DNA of 64,000 nt, taken from Camelus ferus. Taxonomy: Eukaryota. Position numbers and translations under genes: made by a program. Within the stretch, counting starts at the first letter, position 1. Each line of letters opens with the position of its first letter. Location of the stretch: the NCBI RefSeq assembly GCF_009834535.1, contig NC_045722.1, positions 744,001 through 808,000 of the forward strand. The letters are read 5' to 3'. Shown here in pieces: positions 25,443 to 36,924 of this stretch. Under the pieces are notes generated by a model that had not been told where the DNA came from, did no database searches, and saw only the letters and a list, made by a program, of their open reading frames with translations.

Positions 25443-25655
25443 GCTATTACCAGATACTGATTATAATTCCCTGTGCTGTGCAGTAAATCCTTGTAGCCTA
25501 TCTACCTTATATGTAGTAGTTTGTATCTGTTAATCGCAAACTCCTGATTTATCCTATAATGGAAGAGAATCTGAAAAATGTGTGTGTGTATACTGAATCA
25601 CTTTTCTGTACACCTGATTTACAATGTTGTAAATCAACTATATTTCAATAAAAAT
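25443..25655 (+). mobile_element. Short L1 3'-UTR insertion with 5' inversion (twin-priming structure)
   Basis: 25443-25554 is antisense L1 3' UTR and 25555-25655 is the immediately adjoining sense 3' UTR ending in tttcaataaaaa. Confidence 0.85.
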
Positions 25656-27804
25656 AGAATTTGAAAATTGATAGAACTCTGACCTTGAGGTCTTCCCAAT
25701 TCTAAGAAAAGAAGTCAAGCCTAAATCGAAACCTTGAGGCTGAGCTCCCATGATGTTGTCATCACAGCACAAAGCCTGGGACGGTCCCCCTTGAAAGAAG
25801 AGCAGACGCCCTCCGTCCTGTCTGGTGCTCTGTCTGGACGCATTTGGATCCGGTGGTTGCCGCAGGGCCACGTCAGAACGGGAGCAGCGCTTACCGGTGC
25901 CACCGGAAGATCTCCCCGGTTCCGCAGAACTTACCTTCCCTGGGGACTGATCCGAATGAGAGCCTCTGAGCCTGTGGGCAGAGAACAGGTGGGTGACAGC
26001 AGAGGGATCTGGGGGAGTCCTGCCGGTTCAGGGGCCGACGTGACTCACACAAGGAGCCTTTAGGTACCCCACCAAAGCCACAGGCTTGGATAAACTTCTA
26101 CCAAACAGCTTAAAAACAGAACTAAACTAAACTAAGCGAAAGCTATTTCCCTCATTTTGGAAATGAACCAGAAACATCTGAAGCTACCAGGGGGAAGCCC
26201 CAGTCAGCAGCGGGCGGCCAGGGGCTCTGCCCGAGCCTGTCGCTTGCCAGACAGCACAGAAGTGAACAGCCCTCGAGACTTTGACTGCACAGTCTAAGTG
26301 ATCACATGATTTCTCTTAGATTTTTAACAAAGAGCTTGCAGACCTCCATTTTCCCACAGGTCTCCTGGGCAGAAAGCCCCTCCACATGGCTGTTCCAGCG
26401 TGTTTTTACAGGGGACGTTGGGGCTGGTGTGAGCGCCCCGCGTGGTCACCTGCACAGTCTCACATTCAGCCCCAGATGGGCCGAGTCCCTGCCTGAGCCA
26501 CCTGCACCTGCTGCTTCTGGCCTCTGGGCTTCGCTCTCCTCGTCTGCGGGAAGGTGACGCTCACACCACCAAGCGGGGCCACATTACGTGCTGAGCTGAG
26601 CAGTGTGTGTGGAGTCCTCCGCGGAGCGCTCGGCTTAGGCGGTGCTTTAACACGTATGTCGGGGACTGATGCTCTTGTGGTCGATGCGATCTCACCGAGC
26701 ATTTTTCACCGCGTGTTTCTGGGTCTCCCACCTGCCCAGTCTCCTTGAGGGAGGGAGAGTGGAAGGTCCTGGGCCAGATGGAAGACACCCAGCGTTCTTC
26801 CCAGGGGAAGCCTTGCCACGCCCATGCACCAAACCTCCTTGGCCCGAGCTCGCCGCCACACAGCACATGGATCACTGAGAGGCTGTGGATGCCAGCAGCT
26901 TTTTAGGAAAGTCAGGAAGAGGAGGAGCTGGGGAGAAGTGAACTGTGGGCTTCACGATGCAGGCTGCCAGTGCGGACAGCAGGCTTCGTGGAACCTGCGG
27001 TCTAGAGGACGGCAGAGGATGAGCGTGCCAGGAGACGCGGCCCCGCCACCTGAAGGCGGCAGAGGGCGAGTGGCTCGTTTGTCCAGCTTTCCATTCCGGT
27101 GACAGGGGACGGGCAGGGCTCCTTTCCCCTGGGGGCCCACAGAGGGCGCCCTGGCCGCCGGGGGCAGGAGTTGGGGGACCTGAGCTGCTCCTGCCTGGCT
27201 GCTGGCTGCTGCGTGATCTTTAGCAAGTCACCAGCTGTCTCTGGCGCCGTTTTCTCGTCTGGAGAAGGAGGACTTGGCCAAGCCAGACTAGTAGCCACAC
27301 TGAGCGTTTAGCATCTCATCGGGTCTTCACAGCAGCCCTCTGTGGGAGGCCGACTGTCACATTTACAGACGAGGGAACTGTTGTGCCCTGGGGTCGTCCG
27401 CTGGGGCAAAGCAGGCTGGACCTGAGGTCACGGTCCCGGGGGCAGTTCTGGCCTCTCGTGACGACCTCGTGTCCCACGAGCTCTGAACCCCGAAGAGTCC
27501 CCCCTCCTCGTCGAGGACTTCGGTTTCCTGCTGTGCCGCTTTCTTTGCCGCCATGCCCTCACCCTCCACTTCCCACCGGCTTTCCAGCCTTGTCTCCACC
27601 CCTTCCCCAGCGTTGCCTTTCTCCTTCTGTAGGCCAGCACGCTACGATTTCTGAGAAGAGGGAGGGGAGCAGCTGGCACCCCGTCCCCACCCCTCCGGGC
27701 TTACCAGGTGCATGCAGCCTGTTTCCCAGAGTTGGCTCTGCTTTGGGGAGTGCGTCCTGTGGGGTCCCCAGGGGTGGAGGAAGGGGGGCACTTTAACCCC
27801 AGGG

Positions 27805-27973
27805 CAGTGCTTCTCCAGGTGTGAGCCCGGACCGCCCAGCATGGGTCACAGACATCCAGGGTGCTGGTGGAATGTGCAGATCCCTGGGCCCCACACCGAA
27901 GTGGGTGAGTCTGAATGTGTGTTGTAACGAGCTCCCCGCTTCTGACAGGCACGTGTCAGGGTTGGAGCCGCTT
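27805..27973. mobile_element. MER5-type hAT relic
   Basis: cagtgcttctccaggtgtgagcccggacc...aatgtgcagatccctgggccccacacc...gttggagccgct. Confidence 0.65.
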
Positions 27974-28832
27974 CTCTTTCGGAGCCTGCACTGTTGGGCT
28001 GCAGAGGGTGACGGATGTCTTAGCACTGACCCATCCTTCTGTGAGATTCCTTAGTGGCAAACCGTCCTTATATTGTTGGAGTAAGTCCTTCCTGTTAAAG
28101 CTGGATTGTTGCTTTTTAAAGCAAACTTCAGGATTTAACTTGGTTACGTTTAGTGAGAGTTTGGCATCTCTGTAAGTTAAACTTACAGAATTTTCTTTTG
28201 TGCGTTTACTGTCTTCGTCGGGATTGGGTATCGCTAGCTTTGTAAAACAAACAGAATCTTACCGTCGTGTTTTACAATCTGAGATAGTCTGACACTGGAC
28301 GTGTGTTTTGAAGACTGGCAAAGGCTCGGCCATAAACACAAGCTGGGCCAGGCATTATTTTAAATGGTTGACACTGAACTCCTTTTGCAATTTCTTAAAT
28401 AGTCACTGGTTGGCTCAGGTTGTTACTTCTTGAAGTGAATTCATTCCTCTCAGTCGACCGAGCGTTTGCACACAGAACTCTCATGTTTCTGGATCCCCTT
28501 CCTTTTCTGGAATCTGTTGCCTTTCTCAGTATCAGTGCTGCCTTGTTCTCACTTTTTCTTTAATCACACTTTTCTACTTAATCTTTTCAAAGAACCAACT
28601 TGTTTTTTCACTATATTGAGGCATAATCGATGTGTAATAATTAAAAATGAACGACTTGATGAGCATTGACATATGCACATCTGTAAAACCATCACCAAAG
28701 TCGTTTTGACCTTTTTAGTTTCCTAGTTCCCTAACTTCAGATTTTATATTTTAGAGTCTCCCCTTCTACTTGTGTGTGTTTTATTCTTTTTCTAGTTCCT
28801 TAAGTGGAAGCTAGCTCATTAATTTTTTTTAG

Positions 28833-28982
28833 TTTTTTGTTTGTTTGTTTGTTTTTCCAAGGGGGTAATTTGGTGTATTTAATTGATTGATTGATTGATT
28901 ATTTTAATGGAGGTACTGGGCCTTGAACTCAGGACCTCGTGCATGCTAAGCCCTCACTCTACCGCTGAGCTAGACCCTCCCC
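28833..28982 (-). mobile_element. Full-length vic-1-type tRNA-Ala SINE
   Basis: Reverse complement ggggagggtctagctcagcggtagagtgagggcttagcatgcacgaggtcctgagttcaaggcccagtacctcca, then a (TCAA)n tail, aattaccccc and an (AAAC)n end. Confidence 0.88.
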
Positions 28983-29021
28983 ACCACTAGCTTATGTATT
29001 TTAAACCTTTATTTATAAACA

Positions 29022-29665
29022 CAGCTGATCCTCATTTTTCATGGTAGTTGTGTTCTATAAAGTCACCCCAAACCCTGAATGAGCCAAGTCTGAACCTTTA
29101 CTCCCAGGGAAGATACAGGGTTTGGTTCCTGCCAACCTCTGGGCACAAATTTTTCAAATAACAATCAATACACAATTTTGTTTTATGTGTGTTTCTGTTT
29201 AAAGATTCCTCTGACAGCAGAAATCATTGGTTGTTTCACACAGATCTTGCATCAGTGCATTGGGACTCGTGCCTGAACGAAGCCCAGCCTCTCGTGCGTT
29301 CCTCCACGAGGCGCGGCGCGTGGCTGAGGCACAGCAGCCAGGACTGCAGCCCTCCTCCCGGGCATCTCAGAGAGCAGACTCACCGGCAGAGGGCGCAGAG
29401 CGTGGGAAGCGTGCAGCCCTGCGTCGTCCGTGGGAAGGGCCCTTGTTCACAGTCTGAGAGCTGAACGAGCAGGCAGGGCGCCGCCTTGTCCGACCGCAGC
29501 TGGACGTGCACGCCAGCCCCTCAGATGCTTCCACTTCATGGGTGCCCACGGTGACCTCGAAAGTGCTGCCGAGCGTTGATCTGGTGGGGGCGGGGGGTGT
29601 GTGACAAATTTCACCAAGTAGGCAAATTCACAAATATGGAACCTGCGAGTGACGAGGATCGGTTG
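29022..29665. mobile_element. MER82 (Tigger family) DNA transposon
   Basis: TIRs cagctgatcctcatt and gtgacgaggatcggttg, followed by TA; internal ttttatgtgtgtttctgtttaaaga matches the recalled MER82 consensus. Confidence 0.85.
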
Positions 29666-30510
29666 TAGCTAAATCACTTAAGGTTTCATTAAACGCATGG
29701 GATGTAGACAAAAGCCATCCTCCCAGAGGAAAATTAATAGAACAAGAGGCTGTAGATCCTCACTCATCGCCTCAGTTTTGGTTTGCTGGGTCCTGACGCC
29801 CAGAAAGTGCTGTCCCCGTGTTGCCCCTGACCGCTGCTCCGATTGCAGGGCAGCCGGCCCATCTGCGAGGTTTCAGATGGCGGACTCTACGTTGCGGATC
29901 AAGCCCTGGGCCTGGAGAGCCAAGCCGGAGGTCCGCGTCCTGACGTGGCTCGGACTCGACGTGCTCAGGCAGAGGGGAGACTCGGGCACGATGGAGGAAC
30001 CTCGGGCCTCAGCGCTGAGCTCTGCCTCTGTCTCTGACCAGCTAAGTAACTCAGCTGCTCTGAGCCTGCTTCCTCCCTGTGAGACGTCGGAGGGAAGAAA
30101 CGGGTTCAGAGCGGCTGAGTAACTTACACCTGCTAACAGAGACCAAGCGAAACAGTGAGCAGGAAGGGTTCGAAAACAGCGAAGAGCTGTGCACGTGTGA
30201 GGTAGGAGGGTCGCTGCCATCGTGTCAGTAGCGCTCCCGGAGGGGACTGTTCTCTGACCTCGAGCTCCCAGTCTGGGGTCCAGCTCATGGGGCCCTGTCA
30301 TTCCAGAGCCTAGAGGTTTAAGCCTGGGCCAGCCCATGCCAGCTGGAAGGAAGAGAGGGCGACTTGGTGCGGCTCCCACCGCCGAAGCTGGTTCAACCCC
30401 CTGGGAGGCCCAAGGCCCTTGCTGGAGGAAGGCAGAGGCCCCGGGACCATCGTGAGGCCCCATAGCCTCGTCCACCCCAGACCCACACGCCTGTCTCCTT
30501 TGTCTCCCAG

Positions 30511-30634
30511 CGCCGCGAGTGCCAAGGAGGACGCCAAGTGGCTGCAGTGGGTGACGCGCCAGTTTGAGATGATTGCAGGTGAAGACGGGGAGACTGGTCT
30601 GCAAGAGTCCAAAAGAGCCCTGAATGCGGAAGAG
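30511..30634 (+). pseudogene. NOX5: NOX5 pseudo-exon 2 (EF-hand 1); ATG mutated to GCG
   Basis: AASAKEDAKWLQWVTRQFEMIAGEDGETGLQESKRALNAEE versus recalled human TMSAEEDARWLRWVTQQFKTIAGEDGEISLQEFKAALHVKE. Acceptor ctcccag at 30510; donor reads GCAAGA. Confidence 0.96.
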
Positions 30635-32149
30635 GCAAGAGCCCACTTGGGGATGGGGCCCTGGGTCCGCGTTTCGCGGAGGACGAGCAGCCTGGTTTGC
30701 AGGGCGAGGTGCCGCGCAGGAGGGAAACGTTGCTCCCGGCCCCCGGGGCCCCACTTCTGAGCAGGGCCAGAGGATGTTTCTGTCTCTGCCGCGGGGCTCT
30801 TCCGCCCCTCTCGGTAGCCGTGGCTTCCTGGGCCTTCAGACGTATGAAGCTGGAAATCGTGCCCTGTCAAGTCTTAAGATGCTATTGACCTCGCAGTCAC
30901 CGCCCTGCTCGGCGACGGAGGTGACGCTGACCCGCACCTCCTGCCACTGAGTAAGGTTCCCACGGCTTGTGTCCACTAGAGGCCGTTTGCACTGCCCCAC
31001 CCTCCCCAGTCCTTCTCGGTGCCAGACCCTCTGCCCATTCCCAGCACAGCCTGCGTGCCCGACAAACAGCAAGGACGTGAGCAGGGAGGCAGGAGGGATG
31101 AGCCTCAGATGCCAGCCTCTCCGCATGCGTCCCTGGGCTGGCGTCTGGTGGTGGCCTGCGTCCTTTAGAAGCACCAGCCGGCGAGCATTTGAATGCCCCT
31201 GTTGGATGGGAGGGACCCTCACTTGCTGGCACCAGGGATGTTGCTTGGAACTCTAAATGTCCTGCCTCCTTTCATGGTCAATACGGGGAAGGGAAAAAGA
31301 GACCTGCCCGACAGGGGCTGTACAGTATCTCAGATAACGGCCATCCGTGTCGGCAGAGGGTAGTAACGCATCACTCAAGGGACCCAGGGCGCAAGAGTGA
31401 GGCCAGGGCAGGGCTGACGCCCACAGGTGAATGTGGTGCTTGGGACTCTCACTTTGTCTGGGTCGGTCAGCACGGCCTCCAGGGGGGTGTCGGGCCTGAC
31501 GGATCTGCAGCAACGACCCGGCCTGTCCTAGACCCTGTGTTTCCAGCGCCAGCACCAGGCCTGGCAGGCAGGGTCTGCGCGAGACATGGTTGTTGGATGA
31601 ATGATGAATGGAGAGGATGAACTGGCAAATGAGAGCCAGTGCCGTTGGGAAACAGCCCACACTGAGGGCGCCTGGACACCAGGGCAGGGGAGGCCCAGGC
31701 CTCCGGCGGCCTGCGCTTGTCCCTCCTTCCTGTGCTCACTGCCCCACGGGGCCACCCTGGGAAGGACCAGGCAGGACCCGGGGTGGCCTTTGTCTAACCC
31801 TTTTCCCCTGTTGAGTACGGGGCCACCAGGGGTCTGGATGGCAAGGCCGACGGGGACGGAGAGCCTGTGCAGATTACCAGGCACCAGGGCCGGAGAGGGG
31901 CCCAAGGCCCGGACACAGCCATCCTCGCTGCCTCTCGCTAGAGCCCAGACTTGCCCTCAGCTGGCTGGAGGGCCGTGGACACGGCCCCCTGGAGTGGCTT
32001 CGTGGGTAGATCACACCTTGTGTTCAGGCACCTGGGTGCTCCCTGAATCCCACCACCCCACAGCATGCACACACACACACACGCAGTGAGTGAATCCAGA
32101 GCCCAGCCCTGTGGCCACACTTGCCTGTCTCCCCCTCTGCTCGGCACAG

Positions 32150-32291
32150 TCCTTCTTTGTTGAGAGATTCTTTGCCTTGTTTGACTTGGATGGAAGTGGC
32201 ACCATCTTGCTCCAGGAGCTGTGGCGGGCGCTCACCCACGGCAGCCCCGTGGGCAAACCCGGATTCCTCTTCCAGGTGTAGGACGTGGATG
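32150..32291 (+). pseudogene. NOX5: NOX5 pseudo-exon 3 (EF-hand 2); premature TAG at 32279-32281; 9-bp deletion
   Basis: SFFVERFFALFDLDGSGTILLQELWRALT---HGSPVGKPGFLFQV*DVD versus recalled human SFFAERFFALFDSDRSGTITLQELQEALTLLIHGSPMDKLKFLFQVYDID; AG and GT intact. Confidence 0.97.
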
Positions 32292-32366
32292 GTGAGGCCC
32301 TTTGTGGGGCTCGGGGGGCTCGGGGGGGGGCAAGGGACTTGGCCCGTCTCAGTGGCTGTCTGGCTC

Positions 32367-32430
32367 CCCTCCCTCCCTCTCTCTGTCTCTCTCTCTCTCC
32401 CTCTCTCTGTCTCTGTCTCTGTCTCTCTCT
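32367..32430. repeat. (CT)n/(CTCTGT)n simple repeat
   Basis: Read directly from the sequence. Confidence 0.9.
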
Positions 32431-32569
32431 AGGTTCCCCGCCCTATCTCTGTCTGGTTCCTGCCTCCCTTTTGTTGGTTAGAAGGTGGGACTCTGTCCAG
32501 GAGACAAATGGCCTTGATTCAACTCACCGGAAGCCAGGACTTTCCTTTGTTCTTTCCTATGTTTGAAAA

Positions 32570-33480
32570 AAGAAAGTGTTTTGTTGATTTTTGATAATAA
32601 AAATAGCCCACTGTGAACATTTTAGACGATACAGAATGGTTTAAAGAAGAAAGCAAAAATCACCCGTCATGTTTTTCTACACCGCCTTCTAACTGATCAC
32701 ACACACGTGTGCACCACACACTTTTTTTAGACAGAAAGGTGTCACACTGTGTGCACTGCCCTTTCCACTGAATATAAACACTTGTGCACGTAAGACTGTT
32801 ACTTTAGACCATCATTTTAATTGTAGTAAAATATATATAATATTAAATCTACCACTTTAACCGTTTTTATGCGCATTAAACACACTCACGCTGTTGTGCA
32901 GCCGCCAGCAGCGTCCACCTCCGGAACTTTCCTGTGTCTGCAAGCTGACACTGACACCCCTCCCTCCTCCACCCCCACCGTTCTGCTTGCTGTTGCTGAG
33001 AATCTGACGGCTCGAGGTACCTTCTGGAAGTGGAAGTATTCATGGTTGTCCTTGTGCAACTGACTGACTTCCCGCAGCACAGTGGCCTCAAGGCTCCCCC
33101 GTGCTGCACCGTGTGGCAGGATTTCACCCGTTTTTGAGACTGAGTAAGACTCCGTTGTGTGTGATACTGCACTTGCTTACCCACCCGTCTGTCGGTGGAC
33201 ACGAGGGCTGCCTCCCCCTCTCGCTACTGTGAGTCATGCTGCTGTGAACATGGTGCACAGATATCTCTTCAAAAAGACCATGCTTTCTGTCCCTTTGGGC
33301 ACGTCCCCCAGAGTGGAGTTCCTGGCTCCTCTGTCCGCAGGGCCTGTCACCTTCCACAGCGGCCGCACCGTCTTACGTTCGCACCAGCAATGCACAGAGC
33401 TTCCGGTTTCTCCAACCCTGGTTACTTTCTGGTTTGTTGCTTTTTTTTATGATAACAGCCATCCCAGTGGGCGTGAGGCG
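32570..33480 (-). mobile_element. Old L1M 3' fragments
   Basis: Antisense L1 motifs (tgtgagtcatgctgctgtgaacatgg; gttcgcaccagcaatgcacagagcttccggtttctccaacc), heavily GC-shifted. Confidence 0.7.
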
Positions 33481-33959
33481 GTGACTCAGGGTGGTTGCAG
33501 CGGCACCGTGGCGGCTGCTTCGTGTCCCTGCTCCGGTGTGCTCCGGTGCCCCACGCAGCGCAGGCTGGCCGCCACCGTCTCTGACTGAGGCCGGGTTACC
33601 GCGGTTCACACCTCGGCCCCACGGGTTATTAGTCACGTGGCGCTGGGCAAGCTCCTTAACTTCTCTGTGCCTCATTTCTCCACACATCACATAAAAAGCA
33701 CGGTCATCGTAGTAGTAGCTTCTCACGAGGCTGGTGGAGGGGCCGTCGCTGACCTCTGTGCACTCAGAACCGCGCCCGGTGTGGCTGCCCCTTTCCAGGT
33801 GTCAGCTGCGGCTCGTCACCATTCGCTCAGACCCCGTTTCCAAAACAGACAGTTCCGTTGTTCCCCGCTCTTTTTTTTTTTTTTTTTTTTGGCATTATAA
33901 GTGACACTGCCGTGACCATCCTGGTGTTCACACCTTTGGCAACTTTGTGGCTTAGAGGG

Positions 33960-34530
33960 TCTCTGAAGGCCTGAAGCCATCAAAGGAAGGGAAGCTGAGG
34001 TGGGGAGGAGGCGCCCAGCAAGACTGGGGTGGTTGGTGAGGCCAGACCGTGTGGGCCCCAGAGGCCGTGTCTGGAGCTTCAGGGCAGTGAGCAGCGGGGA
34101 GCCACTGAAGAGCACTGAGCAGGGGAGTCACGGGGCTGGATTTGCACCTGAGAAGCGCAGCCTGGCTGCAGTTGTGCCCCCTCTGGCCCTGGGTTCCTCT
34201 GGCTCTCATCCCCACCTGACGCGGGCTCGCCAGGCCTCACGGGCCTCGCCGAGGCTGGGACCGGCCTCGTCCTGCTCTCCTGGGTGCTCTACGTCCGCGG
34301 TGAGCACTTAGCGGGTGCAGGAGATGGGAAGACAGGTCGTTGGACGCACCTGGGGATGAGGGACGTTTAGGGTCAGCGGAATAGAAGGACAGAGGAGTAA
34401 GGAATAAGAATGCGTGCACAAGAATGATTGTGAAGGGGACACTGGGTCTGAAACTGGCTCAGGAGAGAATAAGGCTGGATGGATGAGAGGGTGTGAAGGG
34501 GACCGGGGAGGGGCTGGGGCTCTGGATGTG
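33960..34530 (-). mobile_element. L2 relic
   Basis: ggggagccactgaagagcactgagcagggg; gatttgcacctgagaagcgcagcctggctgcag; ctgaaactggctcaggagaga. Confidence 0.55.
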
Positions 34531-35625
34531 GCAGAAACCTGTTGCCCGGTGGCTCTCGACCAGGAGAGCTGAAGACAGGAGGCGTGGCCGGGGAGCGCGG
34601 CGTTAGCTCCGCATCGTGCTGTGGTGACAGACTTTGGCTTTGCCCCAGGTGGCGGCCACAGTACCAAGGAGACTTTCTGTCCCTGTGCAACCACCTTCTT
34701 CCAGATGCTGCTTTACGTGCTATATAATCAATCACCTGTTATCCTTGAACCAATTCTGCAGAAGGGGGGTGATCAGCCCCATCCTAGAGATGAGCAAAGT
34801 AAGGTGCAGTCTCTACGGGGCTCGGAGCCGCCGCCACATGGTGGGGGCAGAGGTGTGTTGCTGCGACAGGTGTGTCTACACCCAGACGCCCTGAGATCAC
34901 TGACACGAGTCCTCCTGCTCAGGCTGGTTCCAGGCCCCTGGATCCCCCAGTTCGCGGATGCTCAGGTCTCTCATGTAAAATGACAGCCTGGAGTCGGCTT
35001 TCGGTGTCCGTGGGTCCACGTCTGCGAGTCAGTCAGACGCGGCCAGAACCTGCAGTGGGGAGTCCGCCCACACGGGGGTCCGCGGTCGTGTGGTCACGTC
35101 ACTCTTAGCCACTCACCCACACGTAAGGCCACCAGGCTGGAACTGAGGGCCCAGCGGTGGCCTCTCAGGGCCGCGTGGGTGAGTAGAGTCTGCTACCAGC
35201 CAGGGAGCAGCAGGGAGCCCCTCCTCACTCTGCCTCACACACAGTTCGCCTCTGGGTAGTCGGGGCTCCGGGCATGCAGCTCCTTGTGGACTCTGAGCGG
35301 ATGGTCTTGGAGGTCGAGTGGTACTTAGAGAGGAGGCTGGAGATGCCGGAGGAAGCCTTGCACTGAAACCAAAGGTTCTCCATGCTTGAGGAGGTGTTTG
35401 CCTCTGTTGAGCAAACACTAGGGAGCCATGGAAGGTTTGTGAGCAGAAGGTGCCACATGCTCTTCCATTGCCTGGACTATACTCCTGAAGACGGTTGGCA
35501 GAAAGCTGGAGATGACCGGACAGGAAGGGGTCACTGCTCGATGCAGTGGTTGTGCAAAGCAGGGGGATCTGCAAGGACAGAGTGGGGTCGGGGGCCCCCC
35601 CTCGGCTTCCTCTCACTTGGAGCAG

Positions 35626-35835
35626 GCAGCCGCTCCATCGACGCGGACGAGCTGCGCACCGTGCTGTAGTCGTGCCTGCAGGAGAGCGCCGTCTCGATGC
35701 CCGCAGAGAGGCTGGACCAGCTGACACTGGTGCTCCTCCAGTCGGCCCACCGGGACTGCAGCGGCGCCATCACCTTCGGGGAGCTGCGAGCCGAGCTGCA
35801 GGGCTCCCCGGGGTCATGGAGAGCCTGACCGTCGG
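35626..35835 (+). pseudogene. NOX5: NOX5 pseudo-exon 4 (EF-hands 3-4); TAG at 35667-35669; 1-bp deletion at ~35805
   Basis: GSRSIDADELRTVL*SCLQESAVSMPAERLDQLTLVLLQSAHRDCSGAITFGELRAELQG, then a frameshift before GVMESLTV. The exon is 210 nt, versus 211 expected from the recalled human peptide. Confidence 0.97.
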
Positions 35836-36689
35836 GTACCTCCCGTCTGTGCAGGGCACTGCGGGTTGGCCATTACACTCCAGCTGCAGAGTGGCCCGCT
35901 CCCGCCGGTCGGCTCCTCCTCGCCCACCTTCTCTTGGGGACAAAGGTTCCACCTTCTGCATGTCTCTTTAGAATCGGCTCACAATATTAAGCACCTACTA
36001 TGTGCCGGGCATTTTTACAAATACACCAGTGCGAGGAAATTACAGTTACAGAAGGGCGTTCAAGTTACTCCACCTGAAGCAACGAGCCTAGGCTCACACA
36101 AGGCGTTGGCCAAGGCAGTTTATTTGCTCAGCCGGTCAGCCAGCCACTCGCGGGCCGAGCCCTGCTCTCAGGGATGGCGGAGGCTGCTGGGCTGCATTCC
36201 AGGTGGAGAGACGTAATCTATACCAACAAGCAGACACATAAACTAGGTAAGCACAAACCTGATAAGAACTGCAGAGAAAATAATATAGAAAGGGTGTAAC
36301 AGACCCAGACCCGACTGACCCCAGGCTCTGAGTGGCGCCACCTCAGTAGTTCATTCTTGCGTATTGACTTTCTTGTGCGTTACCATGTGTCTCAGGCCCT
36401 TCCATCCTTTTCAGTTGCCTCCCTTTTTTTCTAGTTGGGAAGTAAAGAGAGGTAATAAAAATGGCTGTGGAAGTGGCATCAGACAGACCAGAGATTCATC
36501 CTAGGCCCACTTTGCTGTGTGACTATAAGCAAGTCACTTGACCTCTCTGTTTCCTGGTATAAAAGGAAGCCATCTTGCTTGCCACAAGGCTCCAGAGGGT
36601 TAGTGGGCTACAGAGGGAGTGGGGTCTCCAGGTTCAGACTCCTGTGGTCCCTCCCACCACATCCCTCTGAGTGGAGCCCTCTCCCCCAG

Positions 36690-36924
36690 TGCTGCCCACT
36701 GGCTGACGCCTCCCACTGCCAGGCCACGCCAGCGCCGTCCTCGCCCGCTGACCTCCGCCTACTGGCACAACCACCGCAGCCACCTGCTCTGCCTGGTCGT
36801 CCACGCGGGCCTCCCCTTGCTGCTCTTGGCACTGGCAGCTAGTGCGCACCGGGCCCTCGGTGCCAGTGTCATGGTGGCCAAGGGCTGCGGCCAGTGCTTC
36901 AACTTTGACTGCAGCTTCATTGCG
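36690..36924 (+). pseudogene. NOX5: NOX5 pseudo-exon 5 (polybasic region, TM1, start of TM2); reading frame intact
   Basis: AAHWLTPPTARPRQRRPRPLTSAYWHNHRSHLLCL...GASVMVAKGCGQCFNFDCSFIA; 235 nt; AG and GT intact. Confidence 0.97.

Noticed and set aside
27985-28012. Candidate NOX5 first coding exon end (gggctgcagagg|gtgacg)
   Set aside because: There is no matching upstream ATG or peptide, and the similarity is too short. Exon 1 was not identified anywhere in the window.
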